Of a stretch of DNA of 43,044 nucleotides, positions 38,537 to 43,044 are shown in pieces. Position numbers and translations under genes: made by a program. This DNA comes from Sphaerochaeta sp. (GTDB lineage Bacteria; Spirochaetota; Spirochaetia; Sphaerochaetales; Sphaerochaetaceae): assembly GCA_028699215.1 (NCBI GenBank), contig JAQVVB010000001.1, forward strand, positions 1 to 43,044. The letters are read 5' to 3'. Within the stretch, counting starts at the first letter, position 1; every line of letters begins with the position of its first letter. Under the pieces are notes generated by a model, which did not search any database, was not told the DNA's origin, and saw only the letters and a list, made by a program, of their open reading frames with translations.

Positions 38537-40171
38537 ATGAATGAAAAAGAAGCCCCGTTGCTAGAGATGCGACACATCAGCAAGGACTTTTTCGGCAACC
38601 AAGTCTTAAGTGATGTGAATTTTACACTTAAGCGAGGGGAAATCCTCGGTCTCGTAGGCGAGAATGGTGCCGGTAAGTCCACCTTGATGAAAATCCTCTT
38701 TGGTATGGATGAAATCCATCAAACCGGTGGATATGGCGGAGATATCTTACTCAATGGGGAAAAGGTGGCTTTTGCTACTTCCATTGAGGCTTTGGCTGCT
38801 GGAATTGGAATGGTTCATCAAGAGTTCTCGCTCTTGCCGGATTTTTCTGCGACGGAAAATATTCTGTTGAATAGGGAACCTCTTAAATATACGGTTTTTT
38901 CTGAGTTGTTCGGGGAACGGTTGAATATCCTGGATCGAGAAAAAATGACGGAAATTTCAGAAAAGGCCATCAAGCGATTAGCTGTTCCCCTTGATCCTGA
39001 AATGCTGGTTTCCCAAATGCCTGTCGGGCATAAGCAGTTTACCGAGATTGCCCGTGAATTAAGTAAGGAAGGCACTGGGTTGGTAGAGGGTATCAAGCTG
39101 TTGGTGCTTGATGAACCCACTGCAGTTCTTTCTGAGCAGGAAGCTGATAGCCTTCTGAAGGCCATGCGATTGCTCGCAGAGACGGGAATCGCCATCATTT
39201 TCATCAGTCATCGACTTCAGGAAATCATCGATGTATGTGATACCATCATGGTGATGCGTGATGGAAAGATCATGAAAACAGGACCTTCAAAGGGTGTCGC
39301 TATTCCTGATATTGCAAAATGGATGGTTGGACGTGAAGTCAACACTTCTGCAATTGTGCATAGAGTATTTGACTATGAAAACAAAGACATAATCCTTGCG
39401 CTACGGAATCTTTGGGTCGATATGCCTGGAGAAGTGGTCAGAAACGTTAATCTGGATGTCTATAAGGGAGAAATCATCGGTATTGGAGGGATGGCAGGAC
39501 AAGGCAAGCTTGGTATTCCCAACGGTGCGATGGGGCTCTTCCCTGCTGGAGGACATGTGACCTTTGAAGGGAAAGACATTCCTCTTAATTCTCCGCGCAA
39601 TTTTCTTGATGCAGGTATGGCTTTTGTCAGCGAAGACCGTCGAGGTGTCGGGTTGTTGCTTGATGAAACCTTGGAATGGAATGTCTCTTTTACAGCCATG
39701 CAAATCCAGGAAAAGTATCTGAAACAGTATCTTGGAGGATTTTTCAAGTGGCGTGACCAAAAAGCCATTGAGGAAGAAACCAATGGGTATGTGAAACAAC
39801 TTGAGATCCGTTGTACCAGTACCAAGCAGAAGGCTAAGGAACTCTCAGGAGGAAACCAGCAGAAGATTTGTTTGGCAAAGGCTTTTGCTGTTGCTCCCAA
39901 ACTCCTTTTTGTATCTGAACCCACACGCGGCATTGATATCGGCGCGAAGTCCTTGGTTCTCAAAGCCTTGAGAAAATATAATGAAGAGCAAGGTACTACC
40001 ATTGTCATGATTTCTTCCGAGTTGGAGGAACTCAGGGCAATTTGTGACCGTATTGCCATTGTGTCTGATGGAAAGGTCCTTGGAATTCTTCCCGCCACCA
40101 CGGACAGTGCCGAATTTGGACTGCTCATGGTAGGACAGAAGAGTGAGATGATAGACGGAGGTAGTGTATGA
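38537..40171 (+). CDS. CUT2 (RbsA/MglA-like) ABC ATPase with two fused NBDs
   Basis: GENGAGKST, MVHQE, LDEPT, FISHRL; second NBD SEDRR, LSGGNQQK, SEPTRGIDIGAK, ISSELEEL; start moved to ATG 38537. Confidence 0.95.
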   Translation: MNEKEAPLLEMRHISKDFFGNQVLSDVNFTLKRGEILGLVGENGAGKSTLMKILFGMDEIHQTGGYGGDILLNGEKVAFATSIEALAAGIGMVHQEFSLLPDFSATENILLNREPLKYTVFSELFGERLNILDREKMTEISEKAIKRLAVPLDPEMLVSQMPVGHKQFTEIARELSKEGTGLVEGIKLLVLDEPTAVLSEQEADSLLKAMRLLAETGIAIIFISHRLQEIIDVCDTIMVMRDGKIMKTGPSKGVAIPDIAKWMVGREVNTSAIVHRVFDYENKDIILALRNLWVDMPGEVVRNVNLDVYKGEIIGIGGMAGQGKLGIPNGAMGLFPAGGHVTFEGKDIPLNSPRNFLDAGMAFVSEDRRGVGLLLDETLEWNVSFTAMQIQEKYLKQYLGGFFKWRDQKAIEEETNGYVKQLEIRCTSTKQKAKELSGGNQQKICLAKAFAVAPKLLFVSEPTRGIDIGAKSLVLKALRKYNEEQGTTIVMISSELEELRAICDRIAIVSDGKVLGILPATTDSAEFGLLMVGQKSEMIDGGSV

Positions 40172-41229
40172 ACACGCAGAATATGATTTCTTCGGTTAAA
40201 TCCACTTTGAAATCTTTTGGGTTGCCCCGTATCATCATCGGTTTGTTTTTATTGCTGTTGTTTATTCTTGCTCCTTTTGTAGGGGTTAATATTGGCACCA
40301 GTCTCTCCGACACCCTCAATAGGTTCGGAATGAACGCCGTAATGGTACTGGCTATGGTTCCCATGATCCATAGTGGTTGTGGTTTGAATTTTGGTCTCCC
40401 GCTTGGAATCATTGCCGGACTTCTCGGAGGAACCCTCTCCATGCAGTTCAATTTTACTGGTCCAAGCTCCTTTATGATGGCGATATTGTTTGCTACTCCC
40501 TTTGCCGTTATCTTGGGATGGGGGTACGGCCAGTTGCTCAACAAGGTTAAAGGCGGAGAGATGATGATCGCCACCTATGTTGGATTTTCTTCGGTGGCAT
40601 TCATGTGTATCATGTGGTTGTTGCTTCCCTACAGCAATCCTACGATGGTTTGGGGGTACAGTGGTTCTGGACTGCGTACCACCATCTCCACAGAAGGGTA
40701 CTATCTGCATGTTCTCAACGATTTCTTTTCTATACGTTTGACAGAACACCTGACCATTCCTACCGGTATGTTCTTGTTCTTTGCGGTATTGGCTCTCATC
40801 ATTTGGGCTTTTTTACATACAAAGACGGGAACTGCCATGACCGCTGTCGGCTCAAACCCGGTTTTTGCCCGTGCCAGTGGTATCAATGTCGATAAGATAA
40901 GGACCTTGAGTGTCGTCATGTCGACGTGGCTGGGAGCCATAGGCATCTTGGTGTACCAACAGAGTTTTGGATTCATCCAGCTCTATATGGGGCCGTTCTA
41001 TATGGCTTTGCCTGCTGTTTCTGCCATCCTCATCGGAGGAGCCTCAGTAAATAAGGCTACGATTACCAATGTCATAGTAGGAACATTCCTCTTCCAAGGG
41101 ATTCTCACCATGACACCTTCTGTCATGAATTCCATGATTCATACCGACATGTCTGAAGTCATAAGGATTGTCGTATCGAACGGCATGATCCTGTATGCCT
41201 TGACCAGAAGAACGGAGGCAACGCGATGA
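40168..41229 (+). CDS. ABC transporter permease (CUT2/BPD_transp_2-like)
   Basis: Multiple TM helices; TKTGTAMTAVGSNPVFARASGI loop; ATGA overlap. Confidence 0.92.
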   Translation: MNTQNMISSVKSTLKSFGLPRIIIGLFLLLLFILAPFVGVNIGTSLSDTLNRFGMNAVMVLAMVPMIHSGCGLNFGLPLGIIAGLLGGTLSMQFNFTGPSSFMMAILFATPFAVILGWGYGQLLNKVKGGEMMIATYVGFSSVAFMCIMWLLLPYSNPTMVWGYSGSGLRTTISTEGYYLHVLNDFFSIRLTEHLTIPTGMFLFFAVLALIIWAFLHTKTGTAMTAVGSNPVFARASGINVDKIRTLSVVMSTWLGAIGILVYQQSFGFIQLYMGPFYMALPAVSAILIGGASVNKATITNVIVGTFLFQGILTMTPSVMNSMIHTDMSEVIRIVVSNGMILYALTRRTEATR

Positions 41230-42341
41230 CGCTCCAAAGAACAAAATCCCAGAAAGTTTTACGCTTTCTAGGCAACAATACCGTACCCATCCTTTTCCTG
41301 GTGATTTGTGCGTTTGGTATTCCACTCAGTGGATACTCCACAAATTACCTTGTCAGTGAGGTTGTGGTCCGTATTGCACGTAACTCCTTTCTCATTGTAA
41401 GTCTTTTGATCCCCATCCTTGCCGGTATGGGCTTGAACTTCGGCATGACCCTGGGTGCAATGGCTGGTCAGATTGGTTTGATCTTCATCAGCGACTGGGG
41501 CATTGTTGGAATTCCCGGCATGTTGCTGGCAATGATCATTTCCACTCCTATTTCCATTGCATTGGGCCTATGGTGTGGAAAGATATTGAATATGGCAAAA
41601 GGCCGAGAGATGGTGACAAGTTACATCATCGGCTTCTTCATGAACGGTATTTATCAGTTGGTTGTCCTCTATGGAATGGGAAGCATCATTCCTATCCGTT
41701 CCAGCGCTTTGGTGTTGCCAAGAGGGTATGGTATCCGAAATACCGTCAATCTGATCGGGATAAGAAAATCCTTGGATAATGTGCTTACCATCAAATTGTT
41801 TGGGGTCCCCATTCCTTTGGTTACATTTGCCGTAATCGCTTTGCTTTGTATCTTTGTTCTTTGGTTCAAGAAAACCAAGCTGGGACAGGATATGCGCTCA
41901 GTAGGTCAGGATATGGAAGTGGCGAGAGCTGCCGGTATCAAGGTTGAGCACACCCGCATTGTTTCAATCGTGATCTCGACTGTTTTTGCTGGGTATGGAA
42001 TGATTCTCTATCTGCAGAACATCGGTACCTTGAACACCTACAACAGTCACATGCAAATCGGTATGTTCAGTGTTGCCGCTCTTTTGGTGGGTGGAGCAAC
42101 AGTCAGCAAGGCAAATATTCGAAATGTGTTCCTAGGTGTAATACTCTTCCACTTGATGTTCATCGTTTCGCCGATGGCTGGTAAGAATCTCATTGGACAG
42201 GCACAGCTTGGAGAGTACTTCAGGGTATTCGTTTCCTATGGTGTCATTACCATTTCCTTGGTCCTGTACGAAGTACGCAAGAAACGTGACCGTGGTGATG
42301 CTGGTCAATTGCTTGCGGCTGAACAGGGGGAGGCAGAATGA
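41226..42341 (+). CDS. ABC transporter permease (CUT2/BPD_transp_2-like)
   Basis: Multiple TM helices; TKLGQDMRSVGQDMEVARAAGI loop; paralogous GLNFG motif; ATGA overlap. Confidence 0.92.
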   Translation: MTLQRTKSQKVLRFLGNNTVPILFLVICAFGIPLSGYSTNYLVSEVVVRIARNSFLIVSLLIPILAGMGLNFGMTLGAMAGQIGLIFISDWGIVGIPGMLLAMIISTPISIALGLWCGKILNMAKGREMVTSYIIGFFMNGIYQLVVLYGMGSIIPIRSSALVLPRGYGIRNTVNLIGIRKSLDNVLTIKLFGVPIPLVTFAVIALLCIFVLWFKKTKLGQDMRSVGQDMEVARAAGIKVEHTRIVSIVISTVFAGYGMILYLQNIGTLNTYNSHMQIGMFSVAALLVGGATVSKANIRNVFLGVILFHLMFIVSPMAGKNLIGQAQLGEYFRVFVSYGVITISLVLYEVRKKRDRGDAGQLLAAEQGEAE

Positions 42342-42820
42342 AAATGAAATTTGACAGGCAATTTTGGGTTCGTTGTGCGGCAATAGTAGTTGTCCTGCTT
42401 TTTGGAATGCTGATGTTTTTCATTGGAAAACAGCACACCATACTGTTGGACAACAAAACGATTACCGTCAATGGACAAGAAATCCGTGCCTTGCAACTTG
42501 TGGAAGTGCAGGTCAACAAACTTGAATCCTTGGAATTGGCTGCTCGAGACAGAGATAAAGTCGACGTGACTCGTCAGAGTCACAAGATAACCATCACGTA
42601 CACCGATTCCAATTGGAATGAGATTTCCTTTACCCGGAAGTTCAAGGTTCCCTTGATGGAAGAGATGGTGATTATTTCCATTCCCACGCTTGTTTCGGAT
42701 CCTGAAGCCGACCAAAGCCTTTGGTTGGAAAAATATGAGTTGCCGGCATATGCCATTCAAGCATCACCTGAGGAAGAGGTGGTGATTACTGATGATTTGG
42801 CTGGTTTGATCTCACTCTAA
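42338..42820 (+). CDS. Membrane-anchored protein of unknown function (DUF6672-like)
   Basis: N-terminal TM followed by GKQHTILLDNK and a beta-rich domain; ATGA overlap with the permease; family name from recognition only. Confidence 0.7.
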   Translation: MKMKFDRQFWVRCAAIVVVLLFGMLMFFIGKQHTILLDNKTITVNGQEIRALQLVEVQVNKLESLELAARDRDKVDVTRQSHKITITYTDSNWNEISFTRKFKVPLMEEMVIISIPTLVSDPEADQSLWLEKYELPAYAIQASPEEEVVITDDLAGLISL

Positions 42821-42841
42821 AAAACAGAACCGATTATATAC

Positions 42842-42866
42842 AAGGCACCCTTCGGGGTGCTTTTTT
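42842..42866 (+). terminator. Intrinsic terminator ending the ABC operon
   Basis: AAGGCACCC-TTCG-GGGTGCTTT followed by TTT. Confidence 0.9.
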
Positions 42867-43044
42867 GTGCAGACGAAATAGGAGAACATTACATACGAAG
42901 CAATGTGTTCTTACATATAAATATTTATTTAAAAACTAGATATAATATGTTATATTACTTCATTGTTAGGAAAATCATACTTTAGGACGTGATTGGTATG
43001 CTGAAAAAAGAAGTTGCGAAATGTAAATGCTTTGTTTCGTTTGT

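Noticed and set aside
42867-43044. AT-rich end region with TATAAT at 42941, near-palindrome ATATAA-TATG-TTATAT and a possible CDS start at 42998
   Set aside because: Truncated by the window edge; AT-richness makes such motifs likely by chance, and 15 codons are not enough to call a gene

Overview
A core housekeeping window from a spirochaete, most consistent with Sphaerochaetaceae. This assignment is an inference from RpoB N531, the tuf-rpsJ linkage, the secY-rpmJ junction and an FAAGxxE-type signal peptide. Gene order: 5'-truncated rpoB, rpoC, rpsL, rpsG, [no fusA], tuf, the S10-spc-alpha ribosomal protein cluster (including rpmJ, which the ORF track misses), rny-ymdB-tlyA, a minus-strand GerMN-like gene, ptsI-der-HAD-coiled-coil protein (12-bp tandem repeat), grpE-dnaK-dnaJ, rlmB, and a five-gene DUF3798/CUT2-type ABC transporter of unknown substrate. 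I saw no tRNA, rRNA, CRISPR array or mobile element, and I cannot claim a new multi-gene system. The best leads are non-coding: a multi-hairpin ~275-nt tuf leader where fusA normally sits, a switch-like rpsL leader, back-to-back apparently leaderless promoters, a shared motif before grpE and dnaK with no CIRCE, and a structured rplQ 3' region. The uncharacterised ABC operon is the main coding lead. All RNA pairings were found by eye, and family names come from motif recognition, not from searches.
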